DNA of 64,000 bases, taken from positions 320,001 to 384,000 of the forward strand of contig CAVVUN010000015.1 in NCBI GenBank assembly GCA_963751455.1, in the 5' to 3' direction. The notes beneath the pieces were generated by a model. It was not told where the DNA came from. It did not search any database and worked only from the letters and a program-made list of their open reading frames with translations. The DNA is from Nitrospirota bacterium. Lineage in GTDB: Bacteria > Nitrospirota > UBA9217. This document shows, in pieces, positions 1-10,460 of this stretch. The translations under genes and the position numbers were made by a program. The number at the start of each line of letters is the position of its first letter. Position 1 is the first letter of the stretch.

Positions 1-3
1 CAT

Positions 4-1353
4 ATGATGAAGATGTTATCTTATTTGACAGCGATGTTACTAATTCTTTTCGCCGGTACAGTTCATGCCGCATCATTTGTAAGCGGTAGCACGGGAGCCG
101 ATGGCGCTTTTAACCCGACGACTAACACAGAACTTCAACTTCCGCCTGATGGTATTTTTAATTTTACAACAGTGAATATTCCTTCGGGCGTGAAAATTAC
201 ATTTAAGAAAAACGCCTCAAACACGTCTGCTTATATTCTCGCTACCGGCGATGTGATAATTTCAGGAACAATTGATGTCAGCGGTGGTTCGAGTCCCACG
301 GATAACCATCCTGGTGTAAGTGGCCCCGGAGGATTTGATGGCGGGTTTGGTGGTATTCCAGGAATATCAAATGGAGCCGGCGGTAAAGGACTCGGTCCTG
401 GTGGCGGAGGTGGAGGCCCGAATTTGTTATATGTAGGCGGTGCCGGTGGAGGTTTTGGAACTGCTGGTGGTAATTCCTCTGGCGGCTATGCGCAAGGTGG
501 CTCTACATACGGCAATTCTAGATTGATACCTCTTATAGGAGGTTCAGGCGGAGGGGGCGCGTCGGGCGGATATGGCATCGGCACTGGTGGCGGCGGAGGT
601 GGTGGGGCGATACTTATAGCGTCATCCGGGAACGTAAAGATTAATGGAACTATCTATGCGGTTGGCGGAGGAGGTAAATATGTTTCCAGCTATACTGCTC
701 TTAGCGGCAGCGGGAGTGGTGGTGCAATTAAATTAATTGCGAACAGTATCTCTGGTATGGGATCATTGAATGCGGTGGGGTTGGGCAGTTACAGCAGTGG
801 TGGCTCTGGAAGAATTAGAATAGAAGCTTATACGAATACTTATGGAAACATTTCGACACCAAATTATACCTCTGGTTTGCCAGGGTCAGTCTTTCTAGCG
901 AACATACCGAGCCTCAGCATCACATCTATAGCAGGTGTGAATATCTCTTCAAACCCTACCGGCTCCTATTCAACACCCGATATAGAACTCCCGACTACAA
1001 CAACGAATCCTGTAACAGTCGCATTATCGGCTTCGAATATCCCTCTCACCGCGACGATTACCATATCTACAATTCCAAAGTACGGCAACACTACAAATGT
1101 GACCGCTATTTTGACAGGGACGGATACATCATCGACAGCTACGGCAAGCGTTAATCTTAGTACGGATTACGCAAGTGTTATCATGGCATACACCACTTAT
1201 ACACTTCAGACAGCTATGTTCTATGAAGGCGAAAAGATAGATAAGGTTCGGATAGCGTCTTCGATGGGCGTGAAGTCTGAGGCAGTGTATATCACGGAAT
1301 CCGGCAAGGAGATAAAGGCGAATCAGCTTATATTAGCGGGACTGTTGAATTAG
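4..1353 (+). CDS. Secreted glycine-rich protein upstream of Rhs gene
   Basis: Signal peptide (MKMLSYLTAMLLILFAGTVHA-A); many GGSGGGG/GGGGGA segments; Ser/Thr-rich beta-type C-terminal region; 65 bp upstream of the Rhs gene. Confidence 0.75.
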   Translation: MMKMLSYLTAMLLILFAGTVHAASFVSGSTGADGAFNPTTNTELQLPPDGIFNFTTVNIPSGVKITFKKNASNTSAYILATGDVIISGTIDVSGGSSPTDNHPGVSGPGGFDGGFGGIPGISNGAGGKGLGPGGGGGGPNLLYVGGAGGGFGTAGGNSSGGYAQGGSTYGNSRLIPLIGGSGGGGASGGYGIGTGGGGGGGAILIASSGNVKINGTIYAVGGGGKYVSSYTALSGSGSGGAIKLIANSISGMGSLNAVGLGSYSSGGSGRIRIEAYTNTYGNISTPNYTSGLPGSVFLANIPSLSITSIAGVNISSNPTGSYSTPDIELPTTTTNPVTVALSASNIPLTATITISTIPKYGNTTNVTAILTGTDTSSTATASVNLSTDYASVIMAYTTYTLQTAMFYEGEKIDKVRIASSMGVKSEAVYITESGKEIKANQLILAGLLN

Positions 1354-1418
1354 ATTTAAAAAATGAGCGTTCACTAATTGTTGAGATGAGGTTTTCAAAG
1401 TGAAGAGGAATTGATATC

Positions 1419-4400
1419 ATGAAAGTCTTCAGACCGTATTCCACGCGTCTTATTTTCGTGATCCTGATATGCCTGGGACTTGCATTTGCCCTTGGTCGAA
1501 CACTCTCGCTCCAAGCCCAGGATACGACGCTTTTGGGAAGCATAGCGCTGGACAAAAAAATAGACATGGTGGCGCTCGCGCCGAATACGGGACTGGCCTA
1601 CGGCATACGATCTGAAGGCAAAACCCTTTCTATATTCGACCTCAAAACATACATAGTAAAAAATACAATCAAGCTTGATAGAAAACCGACTTTCATCGCC
1701 GTAGATCCCTCTACGAACATAGTGTATGTGACTGCAAAGAACGATAAAGGGGAAGGTCTGCTTTATACCTACGACTCCAACGGAAAAGTTGCGTCGATTC
1801 CTATCCCGAGAGAGCCACAGGGCATTGCAATCGATTCGGAAAGGAAAGAGGCCGTAATTGCGCTCGGGAAGGATAAGCAACTCCTAATCCTCGAGCTCGA
1901 TAAGCTAACTACAGTAAAAACAATCACCCTGCCTCAAAGACCGAGGACAATTTCCCTTGACGACGATTCCAGCCGTGCTGTGGTTGTCGCCGGAGAGGCC
2001 GAAGGTGAGGGCAAGCAGGACAGGATACTCGTCATCGACCTCTCTGCTGGAACAATTCTCCAAAACATCAACATCCAGAGGGAAATAGAAGCCCTGTCAG
2101 TAGATGCAGAAAAGGACGCAGCCGTCGCGGTCTCGAAGAACGAGGTCAACGTAATCGACATAAACACCGGGACAATCCTTGCAACTTTTAAGGCGGACGA
2201 TGCGGAAGGCGTCGACATCAACCAATCTACACATACCACGGTCATAACCGGCAGCGAGGGGTACGTTCTTCATGATTTAAATTCATCCAAGCAAGATTAC
2301 TATCCGCTTGGTTACGAGACGAAAGCCGTGTCGATTGACAGATACAGAAATACGGCTCTTTTGGGCGCAAAGGACAAGGTAGTCGAAGTCCAGCTTCCCA
2401 ATCCTGTGCCGACGATTACAAACATTGCGCCTAAATTTACAAGAATGGGTGATCCGGGCGTTACCCTCAAAGTCGAAGGCGAACGGTTCATTACGACCTC
2501 AATTGTTAAGTTTAACAACAGTAATATCGAGACTGTGTTTAAAAATGATAAAGAGCTTGAAGCATTCATTCCAGCAAGCCTGATTACGGAGCCGGGTACA
2601 GCGTCCATAACTGTCACGAATCCATTGCCTATGGGAGGGACATCCGAACCTTATCCCTTCATCATCCAGTATCCGACACCATTGATCGCTTCGCTATCAC
2701 CGGATTCGGTGCCGGCAAAAAGTCCGGATTTCACGCTCACTGTTGCCGGCTCGTTTGTACCTGGGAATACGGTAATCTTTAACTCGCATAACCTGCAAAC
2801 AGCCTATGGAAACGCTACTACATTAACTGCCGTTGTTCCATCATCATTGATTCAAACAAAAGGAGTTTACCCGGTCGCGGTCATGACCCCGGATGGGCAA
2901 AGCTCGAACCTGCTCTACTTTACAATCACGGACACGTTGCCGGTTATATCGGGTTTCTCTCCCACGGAAGGTCCTTCCGGTACCCTGGTCACGATAGTCG
3001 GCGCAAACTTCAGCAAAACTCCGACAACAGTTTCTTTTAACGGGACCCCAACGGTAGTAGCGAGCCTGTCAGATGCGGAAATCAAGGTAACGGTTCCGCC
3101 CGGTGCCAAGACCGGTCCGATAACGGTAAAAACTGCGGTCGGAAGCACGGAGAGCAGTACTCCGTTTACCGCACGTTTGAGACAGAATTTTGCTCTCTCC
3201 GTGAGCCCGCAAAGTTTAAATATCCCTGCGGATGGAAGCGCATCAGTGGCCGTTAGCCTAGTAGATACAGGTGGCGAGCCATTTACGGGACTGGTGAGAT
3301 TGGCGATCAATAGCGGCCCGCAAGGAATCACCGGAGTGTTCAATCCTGAATATATCTCCCTTAACCAGTCCTCGCTCCTGACCCTGTCTCAAGCCAGTTC
3401 AGGGAGTATAACGGTACAAGGGACTTCAAGCATCAGTGGGACTGCAACTGCCAGGACAGCCATCGTTACGCTCAATCAAATCGCAGCCGGAACAACAATT
3501 TTACGTGGACAGGTACTTGCCTCAAAAGATGCCAATCCTATTCCCGGCGTTATCGTGAAGTTAGGATCATTGACCGTGCAGACAGATAGCGCAGGTAACT
3601 TTCTATTTACAAATCCACCATTGGGTAGTCAGGTAATTACCATAGACGGAGATACGGCGAACCATGACGACATAACCTATCCGTCTGCGATACCGGTTGC
3701 CGTCAATATAAGTGCGGGCAGTGATAATGTGCTACCCTATCCAATTTTTTTACATGAAGTGAAGACAAATTTTTTCACTCAGATTAATCCTTTAACCGAT
3801 ACCATCGTAACCGATCCAGAGATTCCGAATTATGAAATGTTTATCCCTGCAGGAACCGTAATCACCGGATTGGATGGACAGCCGAATACAAAGGTGTCCG
3901 TTAAACCCGTTCCTATTGACCGCGTTCCCATTTCTAGACCCCCCGATGGCGTCTATGCAACGGAGATTTACATGTATTACTTCTTCAAGCCTGGAGGTGG
4001 TACGCCATCACAACCGATTCCCGTCAAGATGCCTAATAACTTTCAGGCCGATCCTGGTACAAGAGCTCAGCTCTGGTATTATGATGAATCATTCACTCCT
4101 GATGCAAATTCCAATCAATGGAAACCATTTGGCATGGGAACAGTCAGCAGCGATGGAAGGAATATCATTCCCGATCCCGGTGTTGGTATACCCAAGTTCT
4201 GCTGCGGTGCTAGTTTTGCTGCTAGTTCCCCGGTCGGCGGCCCTTCACCAAGCCCACCTGATAGCGGCATCTCTCAAGGGAGTGGAGGCAGCCCAGGAGG
4301 GTACAGCACAGGAGGTAGCTCGGGTAGTGGCAGTTACGGAGGTGGGGGAAGCTCTGGCGGTAGTGGCAGCTCCGGAAGCAGCGGCGGGGGCGGAGGTACA

Positions 4401-7400
4401 ACCAACTGCAAGAACAAAGTTGGCGACCCTGTTGACCCATACAGCGGAATGTTTACTTATGAAAAAGATGATATCGGTTATCCAGCCCCATCTAACCTTA
4501 CTTTGAGACGGTATTATGATTCCGGAAATACTGTTGTGGGATCGTTCGGAAGAGGGACAACCAGTAATTTTAACCATAATCTGCAAGGGTCCGGCGATGC
4601 ATTAACATATATACCACCCGAAGGCGGAAGATATATCTTTTCAAAGAATGCTGACGGAAGTTTTTCAAATATAAACTATCCATTTCTGCGTGGAGTGAGA
4701 GCATATCTGAAGGATGACGGTACAAGGACGTTGAAATTTAAAAATGGAGATGTTTATACCTTTGATACAGCCGGAAGGGTCACTGCAATAAGAAGTCTGA
4801 ATGACTACTTGATTAATATAACAAGGGATGGTTTTGGAAATATTACCGGTCTCAACGACAGCTTTGGAAGAGCGTTTTTTATATCAAGTACTAATGTTCA
4901 AGTGGGGAGCTCAATATTTACATTGGTTGAGAGAGTCACAGACGCGATGGGACGGCAAGTTGGCTATGCGTATGACAGCCTGGCAAGATTGACATCCGTT
5001 ATCATGCCTGACGGCAGTAAAATTATATACTCGTACAGTGCAAACAGTAGACTAGCTTCGATAACTAATCCGCGCGGATACGTTGAGGTTACGAACCAAT
5101 ACGATTCTGCAGGAAGAGTAATTAGCCAGACACATGCGGACGGGGGAATTTTTAAGATAGATTATTCGGTTGTAGGCGGCATCGTTACAGAAACTCGTGT
5201 GACAGAACCTAACGGCGGCGTAACGATTTATCGATTTAACGGTTTGGGTTACAGAACCGAGGTTACGAATCCGTATGGCCAGAAGACAACATACGGCAGA
5301 GAGTTCAGTACGAACAATTCGAATTCGGTCACAGATCCGCTCGGCAGAACCACGACATTTACTTATGATTCCAATGGCAACACTACGTCAGTGACGGATC
5401 CAGGAGGGCATGTAACTACTTACGAGTATCATCCTATATTTGACAAGCCCACAAAGATTACGGACGCCATTGGCAATGTTTTGAGCCTTACGTATGATGA
5501 GAAAGGAAACCTCATCAATATCTTATCTCCTAAGTCGGAACTAACTACGATCGAATACAACGAGAACGGTTTGCCGATATCAATATTGGACGCTTTGGGT
5601 AATACAGCGAAATTTGAGTATGATGAATATGGTAATCTTGTAAAGACCACAGACCCGCTCGGGAATTCAGCAAAAAAAGAATATGATGCAATCGGCAGAT
5701 TGATTAAAGCAACAGACCCGACCGGAAAAACAAACATTTTCTCGTATGACGATTTAAACCGAATAAAGGACATTGTAGATGCACTAAACAACAAATCTTT
5801 TTTCACTTACGATGAGAATGGAAATCTTCTTACTGTAACAGATGCAAAGAACCGGAGGATTACATATTCTTATAACTCCAGAGATAAAATGATAAGCATG
5901 ATAGATCAACTCGGTAAAACCGAATCATATAATTATGACCAGGAAGACAATCTCATATCTGTAACCGACAGAAAAGGTCAAACAACTTCATATACGTATG
6001 ATCTTATGAAGCGAATTACCAGTGCCACATACACTGATGGTAGTTCTAAAATCTATACCTATGACGCTATCGGCAGACTGATTTATATCAATGACTCTAT
6101 TTCAGGTCCAATAGAATATATCTACGGGAACACCGGGTGTGCAGCATGCGGAGGGGCGATTGATAAAATCATAAAGGAAATAACGCCGCTCGGGAGTATA
6201 AGCTATACATATGACGCACTTGGACGTCGCGAGAGCATGACCGTTGCAGGTCAACCGACAGTGGCTTACCTTTATGATGCTAACAGCCGTTTGAGGGAAA
6301 TAAATGCAATCATAAATGGGGCGATTGCGAAATTCGATTTGCAACATGACGCTCTCGGCCGAAGGACATCTCTCACAGTGCCGAATGGTGTAACAACAGC
6401 ATATGGTTATGATAATGCAAGCAGGTTATTAAATCTTAATTATAGTAACTCAGTAAATGAAATACTTGAATCAATCAGCTATACATATGACGCCAACAGC
6501 GTCAGAACAAGCATGAGCCGAGAAGGAGTAAGTTCTTTGTTGCCCGGACCAGCCGCGAATATTACTTACAATCAGGCAAACCAGTTATTAACTTTCAATG
6601 ATAAGAGCATCTCATATAACGAAAACGGTAATATAACGTCAGTAGCTACTTCATGCGGTACGACTACTTACACATGGAATGCAAGGAATAAACTAGTTGG
6701 TATTGATGGTTACAATTCTGATTGTTCGGCCCTGTCTGCATCGTTTAAATACGATGCCATCGACCGCAGAATTGAGAAGACTGTTAATGGGCAGACCATT
6801 AGGTATCTTTATGACGGATTGGACATAGTTCAGGAAATAACAGGTGGAACGGTAACTGCTAACTACATCCAATCATTAAACATTGATGAACCATTGGTCA
6901 GATTAAACTCAGATGGAACCGTACGTTTCTATCAAGCAGACGCATTAGGTTCTATAATCGCTCTTACGGATGAAAATGGGATTATCAAAACCCAATATGC
7001 ATACGATCCATTCGGTAACGTCGCTTTATTAGGCGCTGCTACCGACAATGCATTGCAATATACTGCACGAGAAAATGATGGGACAGGTTTATACTATTAC
7101 AGAGCGAGATATTACAGCCCTGAACTCCAACGATTCATAAGCGAAGACCCGATTGGATTGTTGGGCGGGATAAATAAATTCGGCTATGTGGCTAATAATC
7201 CAGTCAACTTTATTGATCCTAAAGGAAAGAGCGCAGGGGCGCATATCGTCATTGAGGTGATTATTAAAATACTTATGCCTACTAACGTCGGTGAAGGTGA
7301 GGATCAAATGGTACAAGACCGCGAAAGGCAAGACACTTACCGTCGTATAGACCAATTGGGAGAAGATATTCAAGACGATAAAAAACGACTAGATCAATTA

Positions 7401-7442
7401 ATTAAAGATGAGGAAAAACGATGTGGGGAAAAATATCAGTAG
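1419..7442 (+). CDS. rhs: Large Rhs/YD-repeat protein: signal/TM segment, YVTN-like beta-propeller, IPT/TIG repeats, carboxypeptidase-regulatory-like domain, Gly/Ser linker, DUF6531-like region, YD repeats, Rhs core, short C-terminal tip
   Basis: GDPVDPYSG motif; numerous YxYD..GR repeats; Rhs-core signature YYYRARYY...RFISEDPIG...YVANNPVNFIDPKG followed by about 71 aa. Confidence 0.92.
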   Translation: MKVFRPYSTRLIFVILICLGLAFALGRTLSLQAQDTTLLGSIALDKKIDMVALAPNTGLAYGIRSEGKTLSIFDLKTYIVKNTIKLDRKPTFIAVDPSTNIVYVTAKNDKGEGLLYTYDSNGKVASIPIPREPQGIAIDSERKEAVIALGKDKQLLILELDKLTTVKTITLPQRPRTISLDDDSSRAVVVAGEAEGEGKQDRILVIDLSAGTILQNINIQREIEALSVDAEKDAAVAVSKNEVNVIDINTGTILATFKADDAEGVDINQSTHTTVITGSEGYVLHDLNSSKQDYYPLGYETKAVSIDRYRNTALLGAKDKVVEVQLPNPVPTITNIAPKFTRMGDPGVTLKVEGERFITTSIVKFNNSNIETVFKNDKELEAFIPASLITEPGTASITVTNPLPMGGTSEPYPFIIQYPTPLIASLSPDSVPAKSPDFTLTVAGSFVPGNTVIFNSHNLQTAYGNATTLTAVVPSSLIQTKGVYPVAVMTPDGQSSNLLYFTITDTLPVISGFSPTEGPSGTLVTIVGANFSKTPTTVSFNGTPTVVASLSDAEIKVTVPPGAKTGPITVKTAVGSTESSTPFTARLRQNFALSVSPQSLNIPADGSASVAVSLVDTGGEPFTGLVRLAINSGPQGITGVFNPEYISLNQSSLLTLSQASSGSITVQGTSSISGTATARTAIVTLNQIAAGTTILRGQVLASKDANPIPGVIVKLGSLTVQTDSAGNFLFTNPPLGSQVITIDGDTANHDDITYPSAIPVAVNISAGSDNVLPYPIFLHEVKTNFFTQINPLTDTIVTDPEIPNYEMFIPAGTVITGLDGQPNTKVSVKPVPIDRVPISRPPDGVYATEIYMYYFFKPGGGTPSQPIPVKMPNNFQADPGTRAQLWYYDESFTPDANSNQWKPFGMGTVSSDGRNIIPDPGVGIPKFCCGASFAASSPVGGPSPSPPDSGISQGSGGSPGGYSTGGSSGSGSYGGGGSSGGSGSSGSSGGGGGTTNCKNKVGDPVDPYSGMFTYEKDDIGYPAPSNLTLRRYYDSGNTVVGSFGRGTTSNFNHNLQGSGDALTYIPPEGGRYIFSKNADGSFSNINYPFLRGVRAYLKDDGTRTLKFKNGDVYTFDTAGRVTAIRSLNDYLINITRDGFGNITGLNDSFGRAFFISSTNVQVGSSIFTLVERVTDAMGRQVGYAYDSLARLTSVIMPDGSKIIYSYSANSRLASITNPRGYVEVTNQYDSAGRVISQTHADGGIFKIDYSVVGGIVTETRVTEPNGGVTIYRFNGLGYRTEVTNPYGQKTTYGREFSTNNSNSVTDPLGRTTTFTYDSNGNTTSVTDPGGHVTTYEYHPIFDKPTKITDAIGNVLSLTYDEKGNLINILSPKSELTTIEYNENGLPISILDALGNTAKFEYDEYGNLVKTTDPLGNSAKKEYDAIGRLIKATDPTGKTNIFSYDDLNRIKDIVDALNNKSFFTYDENGNLLTVTDAKNRRITYSYNSRDKMISMIDQLGKTESYNYDQEDNLISVTDRKGQTTSYTYDLMKRITSATYTDGSSKIYTYDAIGRLIYINDSISGPIEYIYGNTGCAACGGAIDKIIKEITPLGSISYTYDALGRRESMTVAGQPTVAYLYDANSRLREINAIINGAIAKFDLQHDALGRRTSLTVPNGVTTAYGYDNASRLLNLNYSNSVNEILESISYTYDANSVRTSMSREGVSSLLPGPAANITYNQANQLLTFNDKSISYNENGNITSVATSCGTTTYTWNARNKLVGIDGYNSDCSALSASFKYDAIDRRIEKTVNGQTIRYLYDGLDIVQEITGGTVTANYIQSLNIDEPLVRLNSDGTVRFYQADALGSIIALTDENGIIKTQYAYDPFGNVALLGAATDNALQYTARENDGTGLYYYRARYYSPELQRFISEDPIGLLGGINKFGYVANNPVNFIDPKGKSAGAHIVIEVIIKILMPTNVGEGEDQMVQDRERQDTYRRIDQLGEDIQDDKKRLDQLIKDEEKRCGEKYQ

Positions 7443-7570
7443 TAATGCAATTAACATTTACCATAAAACAAACAGTAATTGAAAAAATCAATTTGGAACG
7501 ATTGAGGAAGTGCGAGCCTTGCAGATAATGGTAACCTAAAGGTTTATTTTCGTTTGCGAATTGGATCGTT

Positions 7571-7744
7571 ATGAAATATTATACTATAAGAATTCTTGCC
7601 GCCATATTTATTTTAGGATCGTTTGAGGCTGGATTCATTGCGGGTGCTGAATATGGGAAATTGATTGGCTGGTTCACTTTTTTTATTTTTGCACTGATCG
7701 GCTATGTGCTCCATGTTGTTGCCGACAAAATTCAGAATAGTTAA
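7571..7744 (+). CDS. Small two-TM protein, candidate Rhs immunity protein (not in ORF track)
   Basis: Manual translation MKYYTIRILAAIFILGSFEAGFIAGAEYGKLIGWFTFFIFALIGYVLHVVADKIQNS*; 57 aa, AT-rich, directly downstream of rhs. Confidence 0.5.
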   Translation: MKYYTIRILAAIFILGSFEAGFIAGAEYGKLIGWFTFFIFALIGYVLHVVADKIQNS

Positions 7745-8071
7745 ATGCATTCTTTAAGCCCACATTATTCGTTTTCTCATTTTCACTTTCCCTTGAAGCA
7801 TCAACGCTTCGCACACGATGTAGTTGAGATCGACGCGGACGTTTTTCCATTTGGCTGAAACGCGTTCTTCTATCTCTCGTTCTCCATGAATGACTTTATA
7901 TTTTTCACGCGTTTTTCTGAACGACAGTTCAAGAACGATTCTAGCAATTCCATCAATAAAAACAAGATATTAGATTTTGCCATTTTTTCTATCTCATAAA
8001 CTTACAAAACTTGATATAATACTTTTTAATTAGGTTTTGCAAAATAATGTCTTAGGCAAATAAGGATATTC

Positions 8072-9289
8072 ATGGCGCAATTCAAGTATAAAGTGAGGAA
8101 CCAAAGCGGTCAGGTCCATACCGGCATGATTGAGGCGGCCTCTCAGGAGGCAGCGGCTGATCAGTTAAGCGCCATGGATTATATTCCTGTTCTGATTCAA
8201 GAGCAGGTTGAGACCAAAGCGGTGGAATCCGTCCAGCAGTACTTCAAAAGAGTATCTCCTCAGGACCTCTCTCTCTTCAGCAGACAGCTTTCCACACTGC
8301 TTGCAGCCAGCATTCCTTTTATACGCAGCTTGACAGTTGTTGAAAAACAGATGAGCGGCAATCCTTATTTTAAGCAAATTATTTCTCAAATACGGCAAGA
8401 TGTCTCGACAGGCACGTCCTTTTCGAGCGCTCTTGAAAAATACCCGAAAATATTCAGCTCTCTGTATGTAAACATGGTGAGCGCTGCAGAAACCGCGGGA
8501 ATACTTGATTCCGTACTCAACCGGCTCGCGCTTTTGACAGAACATGAGATGGAGACTAGGAACCGGATAAAGATTGCGGTTCGTTATCCACTGATTGTTG
8601 TTTTATCCATATGTGTAGCATTTGTTTTCCTGGTCAGCTTTGTGATTCCTCGTTTCGCGTCTTTATATAGCCAGTTTAAGACCACTCTTCCTCTCCCGAC
8701 CCGTATTTTAATTGGCATTAATTACGCGATACAGCACTATTGGTACCTCATTATTCTGGGCATTGCACTGATCATATGGGCTGCCCTGTGGTATGTGCGC
8801 ACCCCCAATGGGCGATGGCAATGGGATGGAATAAAACTCAGGCTGCCTATATTCGGCCCGTTGTTTCAAAAAGCTGCTCTTTCGCGGTTCGCGCGCGTGT
8901 TCGGTGCCATGCAGAAGAGCGGTCTCTCTATGATTCTTACACTTGATATCGCGGCCAAAACACTTGACAATGCCGTGCTGGCCCGGGGGGTCGAGGATAT
9001 CAGGGAAGGGGTGCGCCAAGGGAAGACAATTGCGGAGCCGATGGAAGCTACAGGTCTGTTCCCTCCTCTTATTATCCAGATGATCTCAGTAGGGGAGGAA
9101 ACAGCGCAAATCGAGGCCATGTTAAGCAAGGTTTCAGATTATTATGACAGAGATGTTGACTACAGCGTCCGCAACCTTTCGTCCGTAGTCGAACCGGTGC
9201 TTCTTCTCTTTGTCGGCGGCATGGTCCTGTTCCTCGCATTAGGTATATTTCTGCCTATGTGGAGCATGATCACCCTGTTTAGACATTAA
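8072..9289 (+). CDS. pilC: Type IV pilus/T2SS platform protein (PilC/GspF/MshG family)
   Basis: Two T2SSF domains; FSRQLSTLL, GEETAQIEAMLSKVSDYYD and VEPVLLLFVGGMV motifs. Confidence 0.95.
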   Translation: MAQFKYKVRNQSGQVHTGMIEAASQEAAADQLSAMDYIPVLIQEQVETKAVESVQQYFKRVSPQDLSLFSRQLSTLLAASIPFIRSLTVVEKQMSGNPYFKQIISQIRQDVSTGTSFSSALEKYPKIFSSLYVNMVSAAETAGILDSVLNRLALLTEHEMETRNRIKIAVRYPLIVVLSICVAFVFLVSFVIPRFASLYSQFKTTLPLPTRILIGINYAIQHYWYLIILGIALIIWAALWYVRTPNGRWQWDGIKLRLPIFGPLFQKAALSRFARVFGAMQKSGLSMILTLDIAAKTLDNAVLARGVEDIREGVRQGKTIAEPMEATGLFPPLIIQMISVGEETAQIEAMLSKVSDYYDRDVDYSVRNLSSVVEPVLLLFVGGMVLFLALGIFLPMWSMITLFRH

Positions 9290-9319
9290 GGAAATAGCTG
9301 CATACAAAATAATTACGTA

Positions 9320-9348
9320 TTGACAAATAATAATTGTTTTGATACTCT
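9320..9348 (+). promoter_or_regulatory. Putative sigma-70 promoter for pilin genes
   Basis: TTGACA-17 nt-TACTCT. Confidence 0.5.
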
Positions 9349-9468
9349 TTATGTAGAATAAAAGGTATCTTGCTGCTATTTCTCGCAAAATAGTATTGAT
9401 TTTTTTAACTTTAGTTGTAGAATGCCCTAAATACGCTGTAAACGGAATCTTTGGGTTAGAGTTCTTTA

Positions 9469-9897
9469 GTGGAGCTTTGGTTGAAAAAAAGATCAGGGAA
9501 TTGTCGGGGGATAACGCTTGTCGAAGCCCTGATCTCGCTTTGTCTGATCGGCGTACTCTTCGGTGTAGTGATTTTGAAATACAGACAGGTGGCCCGTGCA
9601 GCCCAGGAATCCGCGCTGAAGGCGGAGCTGGTAAATATTCGGACCAGTATCAAGCTTTTTAAAATGTTTAATCAGAGAAATCCAGACAGCCTCCGGGAGA
9701 TGATGGATAAAAAAGTTTTTCTTCCCGGAAGGATAGATTCTGGCCGTTTCAGTGATTCAATTTACGAGCAGCGCTATCTCTTGCAGAATGCCTTGGATGC
9801 GGACGGGAACAAAGTGGATGCATTTGGAAACCGATTTGTTTACGATCGAGCTATCGGGGAGGTGAGAACAAGCACAAAAGGATACGAAAACTGGTAG
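9469..9897 (+). CDS. Pilin-like protein (prepilin N-terminal cleavage motif)
   Basis: RG|ITLVEALISLCLIGVLFGVVI class III signal. Confidence 0.8.
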   Translation: MELWLKKRSGNCRGITLVEALISLCLIGVLFGVVILKYRQVARAAQESALKAELVNIRTSIKLFKMFNQRNPDSLREMMDKKVFLPGRIDSGRFSDSIYEQRYLLQNALDADGNKVDAFGNRFVYDRAIGEVRTSTKGYENW

Positions 9898-9956
9898 CTC
9901 CGATTATGGAGCATTCAAGCTGATAAAAATTTTTTCTTTATTAAGGAGGAAATAAA

Positions 9957-10319
9957 ATGATGTTTAAACTCAAATCGCAAAAAGGTTTTACCCTCATCGA
10001 ACTGGTCATGATCATCGTGATCCTCGGTATTCTTGCAGCGGTTGCCGTACCTCGGTACGTAGACCTGCAGGCTGAGGCAAGGACAGCCACGTGCGACGGA
10101 GCAGAGGGCGCGCTGTTCTCCTCTGCAGCCATGCAGATTGCCGTGGCGCCGAGAGGCGCCAAGACTGTGGCAGCCGTTATCGTCGCCACAGCAACAAATG
10201 GAGTGACATATACCGCAATGGGAGGTATACCGAATCTTGTTGACGTAGATTTGACTGACGGGCCTACTGATTGCGGCGTTGATGTAGATCTGGTAACGCC
10301 GGGTCTGGCTATCAACTGA
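9957..10319 (+). CDS. Probable major pilin, MshA-like
   Basis: Strong RBS (AAGGAGG); KG|FTLIELVMIIVILGILAAVAVPRY; followed by a terminator. Confidence 0.85.
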   Translation: MMFKLKSQKGFTLIELVMIIVILGILAAVAVPRYVDLQAEARTATCDGAEGALFSSAAMQIAVAPRGAKTVAAVIVATATNGVTYTAMGGIPNLVDVDLTDGPTDCGVDVDLVTPGLAIN

Positions 10320-10400
10320 GCCTAACGTATAGCACGGCAGAATTCGTCTTACAAGTCGAATCGCTTTTATTACCAGAACAGCCGTATCGAATTTTCATTG

Positions 10401-10436
10401 AAGGCGGGCGGGGAAACTCGCCTGCCTTTTTTTATT
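10401..10436 (+). terminator. Rho-independent terminator after major pilin
   Basis: AAGGCGGGCGGG-GAAA-CTCGCCTGCCTT hairpin plus T-run. Confidence 0.75.
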
Positions 10437-10460
10437 AATGACCATCGGAGTAAGTAAGGG

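Noticed and set aside
1419-7442. T6SS effector assignment for Rhs
   Set aside because: No PAAR, VgrG or EagR in the window; N-terminal export signal present
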